Below are positions 56,647 to 64,000 of a stretch of DNA of 64,000 nt, one piece after another. The first letter of the stretch is position 1; every line of letters begins with the position of its first letter. The stretch lies in the IMG/VR virus record IMGVR_UViG_3300044712_002452, positions 11,336-75,335 of that record; one strand, 5' to 3'. Below the pieces are notes generated by a model. That model had not been told where the DNA came from. It searched no databases and saw nothing but the letters and a program-made list of their open reading frames with translations. The position numbers were made by a program, and so were the translations under genes. Origin of the DNA: a virus (lineage: Duplodnaviria > Heunggongvirae > Uroviricota > Caudoviricetes).

Positions 56647-56655
56647 AATTCAGTT

Positions 56656-57243
56656 TTAAAAATTAGAGCTTTCTTTGAAATACAATTTTTCCAATCGTGT
56701 ATTTTTGTAAATGATGGAAATTTTGGCTTGTTTGTTTAGCATAAGCGTAATTTCAATGGGTTCGTTTTGAATTTTTACATTCCAAGTAACCATCAAGGTA
56801 AGCTTATCATTTACCAAGTAATCCCATAAGTCTTCTTCCGGAGAATCTAAAGTCAGGCCTTTTAAATCAACTACAAAATCATTTTTTTTATGCTCTCCAT
56901 ATTTTTTGTCAAGCTCATCTAATTTTGTCGCGAAGTTTGTAATGAGATCATTCCAGTTATCATAGGGTTCTGAGTGATAGATAAAACCAAAAGCCTTTTT
57001 GTTCAATCCAAATCGGATGTAAATATTGGTTTCTTCTTGACCTAATACCAGAACGTAGCTGTTATCAACCGTTTCGCTTTTTTTGAAAGGTACAATTACT
57101 TCTGTAAATCCTTTGGCTTTGTACAAAGATTCAATAGCCGCCGGATTTTGACCTAACGGAATATAACCATACAGTTGTGCTTGGCTTGAAAATGAAAAAC
57201 TGATAGTCAGGATCAGCGTGAAAAGAAAGATTTTTTTAAACAT
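56656..57243 (-). CDS. Exported protein of unknown function
   Basis: Signal peptide MFKKIFLFTLILTISFSFSSQA|Q. Confidence 0.65.
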   Translation of the reverse strand: MFKKIFLFTLILTISFSFSSQAQLYGYIPLGQNPAAIESLYKAKGFTEVIVPFKKSETVDNSYVLVLGQEETNIYIRFGLNKKAFGFIYHSEPYDNWNDLITNFATKLDELDKKYGEHKKNDFVVDLKGLTLDSPEEDLWDYLVNDKLTLMVTWNVKIQNEPIEITLMLNKQAKISIIYKNTRLEKLYFKESSNF

Positions 57244-57256
57244 AAAATTGTTTTTT

Positions 57257-57565
57257 TTATAAAGGAAATTGTTTCAGATAGTTTTGTTCTTGAAATTCCA
57301 AATATGCTTCCAGTTGATCGAAATAAGGATTGGCTTCATAGTCATCAGAAACGGGTCTAAATTCATTGGTTAAATTTACAGCTAAGTCATAAAGCCCGCC
57401 GTGACCTTGTTTTTTTTCTACTTTAAAAGCCAATGTGCCAATTTGATTGCGCGATTCGGCAATGTACTGGCTAACGTCAAATAAAACTTCCAGATAATCG
57501 TACATCAAAGGATGTAAACTGATACGGTCTCCCATTTTAGGGAATGTTGTTGAGGTATCACTCAT
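57257..57565 (-). CDS. Hypothetical protein
   Basis: 102-aa ORF in the operon. Confidence 0.55.
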   Translation of the reverse strand: MSDTSTTFPKMGDRISLHPLMYDYLEVLFDVSQYIAESRNQIGTLAFKVEKKQGHGGLYDLAVNLTNEFRPVSDDYEANPYFDQLEAYLEFQEQNYLKQFPL

Positions 57566-57592
57566 AGATTAAGTGTTTAGAGATGTGAAAAT

Positions 57593-57623
57593 AAAAAAAA
57601 GAGCGTATTTCTACGCCCTTTTT
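57593..57623 (-). terminator. Intrinsic terminator (minus strand)
   Basis: Minus strand reads GGGCGTA-GAAA-TACGCTC followed by a T8 run, directly after the stop of 57625-57942. Confidence 0.75.
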
Positions 57624-57624
57624 G

Positions 57625-57942
57625 TCAAGTTGCAGTCAAAGCTTTTTGAAGCTCATGGGTCTGATGAATGATCCCGCTCCGGTGCTTTTGCAGCATTTCA
57701 ATCAGTTTCGGACTCGCGGCTTTAAAGCGTGGAGCATACGTTTTACCACTGGCTTTATGCTTAATGCGTTCCCGATTACCGATGGCTGCATGTACATTGC
57801 CGGAACTGGCTCCTAAAAACTGAGCCGCTTTATTGATGTTTCGACAAATAGCGGCAATAGAGCCCACTTGAGCCGGATCGTAAATCACTACGACCGTGCT
57901 ATCTAAACTCTTGTAGCAGGAATGATTACTCAACTGGTTCAT
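57625..57942 (-). CDS. Small putative DNA-binding protein (NUMOD1-like HTH)
   Basis: 'VVIYD...IAAICRNINKAAQFLGASSGNVHAAI' resembles the NUMOD1/IENR1 HTH pattern. Confidence 0.4.
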   Translation of the reverse strand: MNQLSNHSCYKSLDSTVVVIYDPAQVGSIAAICRNINKAAQFLGASSGNVHAAIGNRERIKHKASGKTYAPRFKAASPKLIEMLQKHRSGIIHQTHELQKALTAT

Positions 57943-59030
57943 TTGTTATACATGGGGTTAATGATGAATACATCCAATTTTTTCCAGCAGTGTTCAATGA
58001 TCTCCAGGTTGTCTTCAATAGCAAAAAGTACATTGAAATACTTTTCAATATAGAGTTTGTAAAGACCCCCTTTAACCGCATAATCCGGTCGGAAATCATC
58101 ATCTTGTTTCATGATCAGCATACCGACAGGAAAACCGTTATCATCCAGCCATTTTTGAGTTTCGGTTCGGTATTTTTCACTACGGGCCGTCATGTACACG
58201 ATTCCGGTTTGGTTCACCGTTTTCATCCGTTGAACCAGTGTGCGCATGGGTATGATGGGTTTATCCAAGCAAATTTTGGATTCATCAAAAATGTGCCGGT
58301 GTGAAGCATCACAGATACAACCATCAATATCTACTACGATGCATTCGGGTAAATCCGGATTCTTTTTTGGATACAAATTGTTATGCTTGGGAACAGTCAT
58401 ATTCAATTCAATTCCCGGCGTCAAACACTCTTTACCCAATAAATCAGCGTAGTGTTCAAACGCTTTTTCCAGTTTGTCTATGGGATAATTGGGGCCATGC
58501 CGCTCCAGGCTTTTTTGAATGCAGTTTTCCAGTGTTACCCCGGTCATGGTGAGCATTTTGATATCCGCTAGATGATTGTACAAGTACACATAATTCAGTA
58601 AATGTTTGACCTTCAAATGAGTACCATCTACAATTACGTTCACTTTTTGATTCAAAAAGAACAGTATTTGATGATGCATCAGGTCTACAAGCTGACTTTC
58701 CAAGGGTTGCCGGGGCCGATCGTAGTAGCCGCCGGTTTCCCAATTAGCAATGGCTGTATGCCGCATGTCTTCCAAAGACACCCGCACCCATTGTTGAATG
58801 CTGGTGTCTATGTGTTTTTGAGCAAATTTGGTTTTACCGGATCCATCAGGGCCTACTAATATCAGTAGAGTAGGGGTAAGGGTATTTTTGAATGCCGGTA
58901 TATCATAGGAATTCTTTGAACGAAGGAAATAAGAACCCGTTTTTTTGCGATGCAGTGTACGTATATCGGTTTGATCGACATTGTATTTTTTGTTTCCGTT
59001 CAAAGGAACTAACAGATCAGGTGTATCCAT
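57939..59030 (-). CDS. pseT: Polynucleotide kinase/3'-phosphatase (T4 PNKP-like)
   Basis: N-terminal 'ILVGPDGSGKT', 'VIVDGTHL' kinase domain. C-terminal HAD motifs 'VVDIDGC', 'MTARSE', 'DFRPDYAVK', 'AIEDN'. Confidence 0.85.
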   Translation of the reverse strand: MDTPDLLVPLNGNKKYNVDQTDIRTLHRKKTGSYFLRSKNSYDIPAFKNTLTPTLLILVGPDGSGKTKFAQKHIDTSIQQWVRVSLEDMRHTAIANWETGGYYDRPRQPLESQLVDLMHHQILFFLNQKVNVIVDGTHLKVKHLLNYVYLYNHLADIKMLTMTGVTLENCIQKSLERHGPNYPIDKLEKAFEHYADLLGKECLTPGIELNMTVPKHNNLYPKKNPDLPECIVVDIDGCICDASHRHIFDESKICLDKPIIPMRTLVQRMKTVNQTGIVYMTARSEKYRTETQKWLDDNGFPVGMLIMKQDDDFRPDYAVKGGLYKLYIEKYFNVLFAIEDNLEIIEHCWKKLDVFIINPMYNK

Positions 59031-59045
59031 AAAGACAACATTTTA

Positions 59046-59061
59046 TTCTACAAATGTAGAT
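59046..59061 (-). promoter_or_regulatory. -7 box TACATTTG embedded in a TCTAC/GTAGA inverted repeat upstream of the PNKP gene
   Basis: Plus strand TTCTACAAATGTAGAT; the minus strand contains TAnnTTTG at 59051-59058. No clear -33 box. Confidence 0.35.
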
Positions 59062-59071
59062 TTTTTAGAAA

Positions 59072-59821
59072 TTAATTTGAGTTGAAAAGTGGCTTAATTT
59101 TGTTCACCTGCAGCGTATTGGTATTATAAAACGCGCCGCACCAATCGATCTCGGATTTAGTGCATACGTCATATACCAGTTGTGCTGCAATATTAGCCGC
59201 CCAGGTGTTTACAAACAGACTTTGCTTTAACAGTGCTTCCATAATCGAACAAGACGGAGTATGGTCTTCCGTTTCCCAGTTATTGGCTTTTTGATTGAAT
59301 CGTTTAAAAGGATCCGGCGTTTCGGCAGGATATTTCAGAAAATGTCCAATCACGTTACCATTGAAATTACCGTTTCCGCAGTCTATCCATAGATAAGGTC
59401 TTGTCAGATCATTGTTCATTTGTTTGTTCTTGATCGACTTTTTAATTTGTTTTCTGGATGTAATCGTATCGGTGCAAGTAATCACGATATTAGCCATTTG
59501 AGCCGTGTAAATTTCTGTTACAGAAGCCCAGTTCAAATTGAAAAACCGATTGACCCGTTCAATCAATACTTCAGATTTGTACCGATCGATATCGCTGTGC
59601 AAAAACATTTGCCGTCCCAAATTGGCAAGACTTACCTGATCATTGTCAATTAAAGTGACGTGCAAGGACTTGTTAAACACCGCTTTCAAAGCTACATTCA
59701 CTCGGGCCAGTTGAGTGACGAGTTGAGAACCTGTACCGCCGGCGCCTACTACCGCAATGGTGATAGGGTGGCCGGGATCTTTCAAATAACTGGGTATTTT
59801 CAAGGATTTTAACTCTGACAT
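59072..59821 (-). CDS. PRTRC system ThiF-family (E1-like) protein
   Basis: 'VVGAGGTGS', 'IDNDQVSLANLGRQ', 'YKSEVLIERVN', 'WIDCGN', 'TPSCSIMEALLKQSLFVN'. Confidence 0.9.
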   Translation of the reverse strand: MSELKSLKIPSYLKDPGHPITIAVVGAGGTGSQLVTQLARVNVALKAVFNKSLHVTLIDNDQVSLANLGRQMFLHSDIDRYKSEVLIERVNRFFNLNWASVTEIYTAQMANIVITCTDTITSRKQIKKSIKNKQMNNDLTRPYLWIDCGNGNFNGNVIGHFLKYPAETPDPFKRFNQKANNWETEDHTPSCSIMEALLKQSLFVNTWAANIAAQLVYDVCTKSEIDWCGAFYNTNTLQVNKIKPLFNSN

Positions 59822-60522
59822 AAGCTATCAAATTTTTGTTTTACAGAAATCAGTTTTTTCGGATCAAATCGCACATTGGTATTGAGTAATTCCTGCATAT
59901 ACAGCGACAGGTTTCCATCGATAAGATTGTCTACATTGGCATGAGTAAACACGCTATTGAAAAACATATATTCAAAGGCTTGTATGATTTTATTGATATC
60001 CTTTAAAGGCAGAATGCTTTTCTTGAAATAGTTACTGGCCGATCCTAAACATACCCATCCGCTTTCATTTACATTAAAAAACGGGGCTTGATACAAATTG
60101 GTTTGTAATCCTTTAAATTCACGATAAGCATAGATACGCAAGTCTGTATGAGTACCTATCCATATAAGCCCGGGAATCCAACGCTCACCATCACTGATTT
60201 GGGTTTCTTTTTTGAATAACAGATTTCTTTTTTGTGGCTCTGTATGCCATATCAGTTTGAAGCTATCTGATTTTCCTTTCTGACAGTAGAGTAAATTGTC
60301 AGCGATATAACCTCCAAAAGAAGTCATCTTTTCTTCTTTATCTACGTTAGCCAGTAAGTTAGCAATCAATGTTTTGCTTGCCGGTTTGAGCTCTTTGATG
60401 CGACCTTGCCTATTTATTTTCGCTGACTCTATGTATCCCAGTCCATCTTGAGATTGATACAAGATCAATATTTGCTGTGGTGTAAATTTGGTCTGTAAAT
60501 CCATTTTCTTTGAGTATTTCAT
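59809..60522 (-). CDS. PRTRC system protein B (prokaryotic E2, family D)
   Basis: 'LYQAPFFNVNESGWVCLGS' containing the putative catalytic Cys, and 'FFNSVFTH'. Located between the F-like gene and ThiF. Confidence 0.85.
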   Translation of the reverse strand: MKYSKKMDLQTKFTPQQILILYQSQDGLGYIESAKINRQGRIKELKPASKTLIANLLANVDKEEKMTSFGGYIADNLLYCQKGKSDSFKLIWHTEPQKRNLLFKKETQISDGERWIPGLIWIGTHTDLRIYAYREFKGLQTNLYQAPFFNVNESGWVCLGSASNYFKKSILPLKDINKIIQAFEYMFFNSVFTHANVDNLIDGNLSLYMQELLNTNVRFDPKKLISVKQKFDSLCQS

Positions 60523-61687
60523 TTAAAGGTTGAAAAGAAAGATTATTACCAGGAATATCGCCAAAACGAAAAGCTGTTATTGCTGATACAATAGCTAATA
60601 TTGGATAACGATCTACTTTATTGGTATACAAAGTCAACTTTTCTTTATTTAAAACATCTTGGGTTTTAACTCCGGTAAATATGACAAATTCTTCGGTAAA
60701 ACTGTTTTCATCAAAATAAGCGTATCTATCTAAAAAAGTTTGGCCGGAAGTTGGAAACAAAACCATGTAATCGCTAAAAGGAGAAATACCTTCACCATAA
60801 CCGTCTTCCATTCGATAAAACCCTTGTTCAGACAACAAATAGTCATTGAGTGAGAATCCGTTGGCCGACAAAAATCCGACGGTTCGAATAAATTCGTACA
60901 AAGGATGTTTTTTGGCTTTTGCTGATTTCATGTAGAGATAAAAATCCAAATCACTCATCAGACGCGTGTACATTAAATCATACATTTCTCTTACTTCAGC
61001 GAGGGTATTATTGGCTTCTTCAATGCGATTTTCATAATAACACTTATCACAGTCATCTTCAATTTCAAATTCTTCAAATTGTTCTATTTCAGATTCTAAA
61101 AAATAGATTAGTCGATTGGGATGCTGGTAAAATCCCATATCTACTAACATTTTTAACAAATACCCGTTTACTTGTTGCTGTATTGGGGTATAGTAAGCTT
61201 TATTGAAGAGCGCTAAAATCTCATCTTCCAATCCGTAATTTAGTTGATAGGATACGTGAATTTTGGTAATTAAATGTGGGTTTCCGTAATTGCAATCTGA
61301 CTTATTTTTACCTTCCGTGTCAATATTGAAAGTAATTAACTCATCTACACACCAATTATTTTTTTGTAAATAATTATTGATTTTTAGGTAGTTGATATCG
61401 GGTTGCGTTTTATCGAATTTCAATGATGAGCTACCCGGCATTAATGCCAGGTAGTCAATCATTGTTTTAAATTGAGTCATTTGCAATTCACTCAATACCG
61501 GTTTACCTTTGTTTAACTTTCGTTGTACCTGATATCCCCGGACTGAAGACACTTTTAAATTACAAAGCTCATGTCGGAGGGTGTCATGTACTGAGGGTCT
61601 TCTCGATTCCGAATGAGATTGTTTGCAGTTTGATCTTTTAGATCGATTCTGTCTAATAGATACTGCTGTTTTCGTTTTGACTGCCAT
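60410..61687 (-). CDS. PRTRC cluster uncharacterised protein (protein F-like position)
   Basis: 425 aa, between PRTRC C and B. Assigned by synteny only. Confidence 0.5.
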   Translation of the reverse strand: MAVKTKTAVSIRQNRSKRSNCKQSHSESRRPSVHDTLRHELCNLKVSSVRGYQVQRKLNKGKPVLSELQMTQFKTMIDYLALMPGSSSLKFDKTQPDINYLKINNYLQKNNWCVDELITFNIDTEGKNKSDCNYGNPHLITKIHVSYQLNYGLEDEILALFNKAYYTPIQQQVNGYLLKMLVDMGFYQHPNRLIYFLESEIEQFEEFEIEDDCDKCYYENRIEEANNTLAEVREMYDLMYTRLMSDLDFYLYMKSAKAKKHPLYEFIRTVGFLSANGFSLNDYLLSEQGFYRMEDGYGEGISPFSDYMVLFPTSGQTFLDRYAYFDENSFTEEFVIFTGVKTQDVLNKEKLTLYTNKVDRYPILAIVSAITAFRFGDIPGNNLSFQPLNEILKENGFTDQIYTTANIDLVSISRWTGIHRVSENK

Positions 61688-61738
61688 AACACTTGTTGGT
61701 TTTTGGTTTCTTCAAAAAGTTCAGAAAGCGGCGTCAGA

Positions 61739-61942
61739 TCATCCTTTGGTACCGATATTAGTTCTGAATTCGTATACGAGCTCATAATTGTCGTTTGTAC
61801 TGCTGGAAAATGTAGCGTTGGTGAGTTCAGGATATTGCAATGCATAAAATTGCATCACTTCTTCTGCGCTCATCGCCGGATTGGGATCGGGTAGTGTAAC
61901 GCTTCCATGTTTAAACACACGGACGGTTTCTTGAATTACCAT
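61739..61942 (-). CDS. PRTRC system protein C (prokaryotic ubiquitin-like)
   Basis: 'RVFKH..TLPDPNPAMSAEEVMQFYALQYPELTNA...YEFRTNIGTKG'; ends in Gly. Confidence 0.92.
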   Translation of the reverse strand: MVIQETVRVFKHGSVTLPDPNPAMSAEEVMQFYALQYPELTNATFSSSTNDNYELVYEFRTNIGTKG

Positions 61943-61987
61943 AATAATTGTAGAATTAAATTGTTTTGTAGATATTAAACCACTGGA

Positions 61988-62731
61988 TTAGAAATCATCC
62001 AGTGGGTCAGCGCCGGCGAAAGCTTCTTCTTCTTCGGTTTCATTTTCAGCTTCTTCTTCTTGATCTACATCGTTCTCATCGATGTCATTATCTGATTCCG
62101 GCTCTGGATCTTGAACAACTGAAGCCGATTCAACTTTTACTTCTTCGGTCGCACTGGCGCCTTCAGGATTCAGTATAGCGGCCACTTTTTGCTCTACGAT
62201 GTCTTTGTACCCATCGATTTTCAATTCTTCGCATTTGCGCAAAGCATTCTTTTTCAAGAAGCTAACCATCATTTCATCACTGGTAGCCTTGATTTTGTCT
62301 ACAATGATATCTACTTGAGCGGTCAGCTTTGGATTAAACTCAGGCGCTTTCGGTTTTTCCTTTTCGGCAACGGCTTTGTTGGAAGATTTGTCACCGCCGG
62401 ATTTTCCACTGGCTTGTTTCGGAGCGGTTTTGCTTGCTTTTGTAGCCGCTTCTTTGCTTTCTTTTTCGGCTTTGGTTTCAATTACCGCTTTAGCCGCTTT
62501 AATTTGTTCCAAATTGTCTTTGAGTTCAGTGGTCAATTTGTGACCGGCTTGCAATTTGATAACCAACATATCATCCAAGTCTTCAGCGCGCCCATTAACT
62601 ACCAAAGGGGGTAGATTTTCAATAGGTTTGTCTGGTGTTACCATCACAGTGATAACATCTTTTTTCTTGCTCATACGGAAATGAAGCGTTCCTTGATCGA
62701 GCACTGATTCGAGGTCTTTAAAAAAGCCCAT
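61988..62731 (-). CDS. PRTRC system protein E
   Basis: 'MGFFKDL...ITVMVTP...LPPLVVNGRAEDLD' N-terminal domain, a Lys/Ala linker and an acidic tail. Confidence 0.8.
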   Translation of the reverse strand: MGFFKDLESVLDQGTLHFRMSKKKDVITVMVTPDKPIENLPPLVVNGRAEDLDDMLVIKLQAGHKLTTELKDNLEQIKAAKAVIETKAEKESKEAATKASKTAPKQASGKSGGDKSSNKAVAEKEKPKAPEFNPKLTAQVDIIVDKIKATSDEMMVSFLKKNALRKCEELKIDGYKDIVEQKVAAILNPEGASATEEVKVESASVVQDPEPESDNDIDENDVDQEEEAENETEEEEAFAGADPLDDF

Positions 62732-62763
62732 GTTTATTGATTTAAAAAATTGAAAAAAAAGGT

Positions 62764-63027
62764 TTATTCCGGTCTATCCATAAAAGCTTCGGACCATTCA
62801 ACGGGGGATATACCGGTCAAAATAAATTCCCGTAGATCCGCATTTAATTCAGGAAACGCCGTTTGAACGTGTTGTCTTTTTTCGGGATTGTTTTGATTAA
62901 CATAGTAATCGTTGAGCCGCTTGGCGCTTACTGGTATCAGCATTACATTTTGGGCACCCGTTAATTCGCTTTTACGGGTTAGCCTGGCATAATTTTCAGA
63001 AACAGGTTCAATGATAACACTACCCAT
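62764..63027 (-). CDS. Conserved small phage hypothetical protein
   Basis: 'RKSELTG..N.M...VQTAFPELNADLREFILTGISP.EW' motif typical of a widespread phage family. Confidence 0.7.
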   Translation of the reverse strand: MGSVIIEPVSENYARLTRKSELTGAQNVMLIPVSAKRLNDYYVNQNNPEKRQHVQTAFPELNADLREFILTGISPVEWSEAFMDRPE

Positions 63028-63031
63028 GATA

Positions 63032-63388
63032 TTACAAATTAATGTTTTCGATAGGAATGGGTTGAATCGGTTTGACGGAATTCATTCGTTCGGTGAATTT
63101 TCCATTTACGTTGTCGTAGATAGTTTCTCCTTCACGGTTTATAAATTCCAGTGTGGGCATACCTTCGTTTTTTTCCAATGGGATTGGTACTGAAGCTTCA
63201 ATAATGTATTCAATACTGCCACCCATCGCTTCAAAGATTCCGTTTTCAGGATCATCTTCAACGGTATCTTTTTCAGCAAAAACAACCATTTTATCAATGG
63301 CTTCCGATAAATTATCGGCTTCTACTAAGTAGTTTGTACGTTCCCAAGTAGTTACTTTTTGATCTTTTGTAATCAGAAATTTACTCAT
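63032..63388 (-). CDS. Acidic hypothetical protein
   Basis: 118-aa ORF in the operon. Confidence 0.55.
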   Translation of the reverse strand: MSKFLITKDQKVTTWERTNYLVEADNLSEAIDKMVVFAEKDTVEDDPENGIFEAMGGSIEYIIEASVPIPLEKNEGMPTLEFINREGETIYDNVNGKFTERMNSVKPIQPIPIENINL

Positions 63389-63398
63389 CTCTATGGTT

Positions 63399-63968
63399 TT
63401 AAAAAGTTAGGTTTTCTTCATCTGTCAGATCCGTGTCCGGCGGTCCATTTTTTTGAACGTACATGTCGAATACAGGTAAAATTTTCAGTAGGGTATCCGA
63501 CATACTTCCTCTTTCGGTGGAAGTCAAAGCGTTCTTCATTGCCGCAGTAAACATTTCAGCTTTCTCCAATAAAGGCGCTTTTATCTGTCCTTTTGGATAT
63601 TTTACCGTATCGCAGCGATCCGCGGAATCATCAACCGAATAAAAATTCCGGCAGCTTGCAGGTCGAACCGTATAAACTTTACATTCACCTTTGTCTTTGT
63701 CTAAAAAGACGCAACTGTTAACGGTTGGATCAAACGCAATAGCCATTTTATCTTTGACCGCATTTTGTTTCTTGAGATATTGGCGGTCAATGTAAATACC
63801 TTTTTGCCGTGCGTAAGTTAAAAGCAGATATCCTTCTTCTTCTGAGATATCTACGTTTTGTTTGCAACAAAAAGAACACCCTTTCCGGCAGATGATATCA
63901 TCTTTGTGCGGGCTTCTCTTTATATCTTGAAACACCAATTGATTTAGGATCAAAAGTATTTGAAACAT
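63399..63968 (-). CDS. YkgJ-family cysteine-cluster (CxxCxxCC) Zn/Fe-chelating protein
   Basis: 'CRKGCSFCC', 'CVFLD...CKVYTVRPASCR'. Confidence 0.85.
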   Translation of the reverse strand: MFQILLILNQLVFQDIKRSPHKDDIICRKGCSFCCKQNVDISEEEGYLLLTYARQKGIYIDRQYLKKQNAVKDKMAIAFDPTVNSCVFLDKDKGECKVYTVRPASCRNFYSVDDSADRCDTVKYPKGQIKAPLLEKAEMFTAAMKNALTSTERGSMSDTLLKILPVFDMYVQKNGPPDTDLTDEENLTF

Positions 63969-64000
63969 ACTGTCCGCTTTTTCGACTAAATCCGTTTTAG

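Larger units (their letters stand above)
1..64000. mobile_element. Segment of a crAss-like (Crassvirales-related) Bacteroidota phage carrying a plasmid replicon (putative phage-plasmid)
   Basis: Tail ring/muzzle/ejection gene order followed by three 2-3 kaa proteins, one with a virion RNAP DxDxD loop. Rep/ParA/iterons are present. Bacteroidota-type promoter box, Q-rule signal peptides, no Shine-Dalgarno sequences. Confidence 0.85.

Noticed and set aside
59046-59061. TCTAC-nnnn-GTAGAT resembling the Cas12a repeat stem (solitary repeat / RNA anti-CRISPR)
   Set aside because: It lacks the 5' AATTT pseudoknot bases, is only 16 nt long, and is better explained as a -7 promoter box or operator.
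1-64000. Stop-codon reassignment, as seen in some crAss-like phages
   Set aside because: ORFs of up to 9.2 kb are open in the standard code, and TAG (6375) and TGA (3529, 6108) end genes that are followed immediately by the next gene.
1-64000. Integrase, transposase, reverse transcriptase/DGR, tRNA or rRNA genes
   Set aside because: No corresponding motifs or cloverleaf structures were noticed in the window. Absence from the rest of the genome cannot be judged.

Overview
The whole window looks like one segment of a large Bacteroidota phage of the crAss-like (Crassvirales-related) type, read in the standard genetic code. From left to right it contains: (1) a tail/appendage module (1-11.3 kb) with three signal-peptide proteins, holin-like genes and FN3 proteins; (2) a complete iteron-type plasmid replicon cassette (11.3-14.5 kb) with six 22-bp iterons, a Rep_3-like initiator, an XRE regulator, a small RHH-like partition protein and ParA; (3) metallophosphoesterase, IHF-like, tail ring and muzzle/stabilisation genes; (4) ejection/cargo proteins, one with a tail-lysozyme domain, followed by three giant proteins (2969 aa with a zincin motif, 3065 aa virion RNA polymerase with a DYDID catalytic loop, 2285 aa with a PD-(D/E)xK nuclease domain); and (5) a convergent minus-strand early region with a PNKP, a PRTRC ubiquitin-like conjugation cluster (E, C, F-like, B/E2, ThiF/E1) and a YkgJ-like protein. 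The headline hypothesis is a crAss-like phage-plasmid: a virion-RNAP phage that can persist as a low-copy partitioned plasmid and carries its own E1-E2-Ubl system. Capsid, portal, terminase, DNA polymerase and integrase genes are not in this window. All family assignments come from motif recognition by eye; no database search was run.
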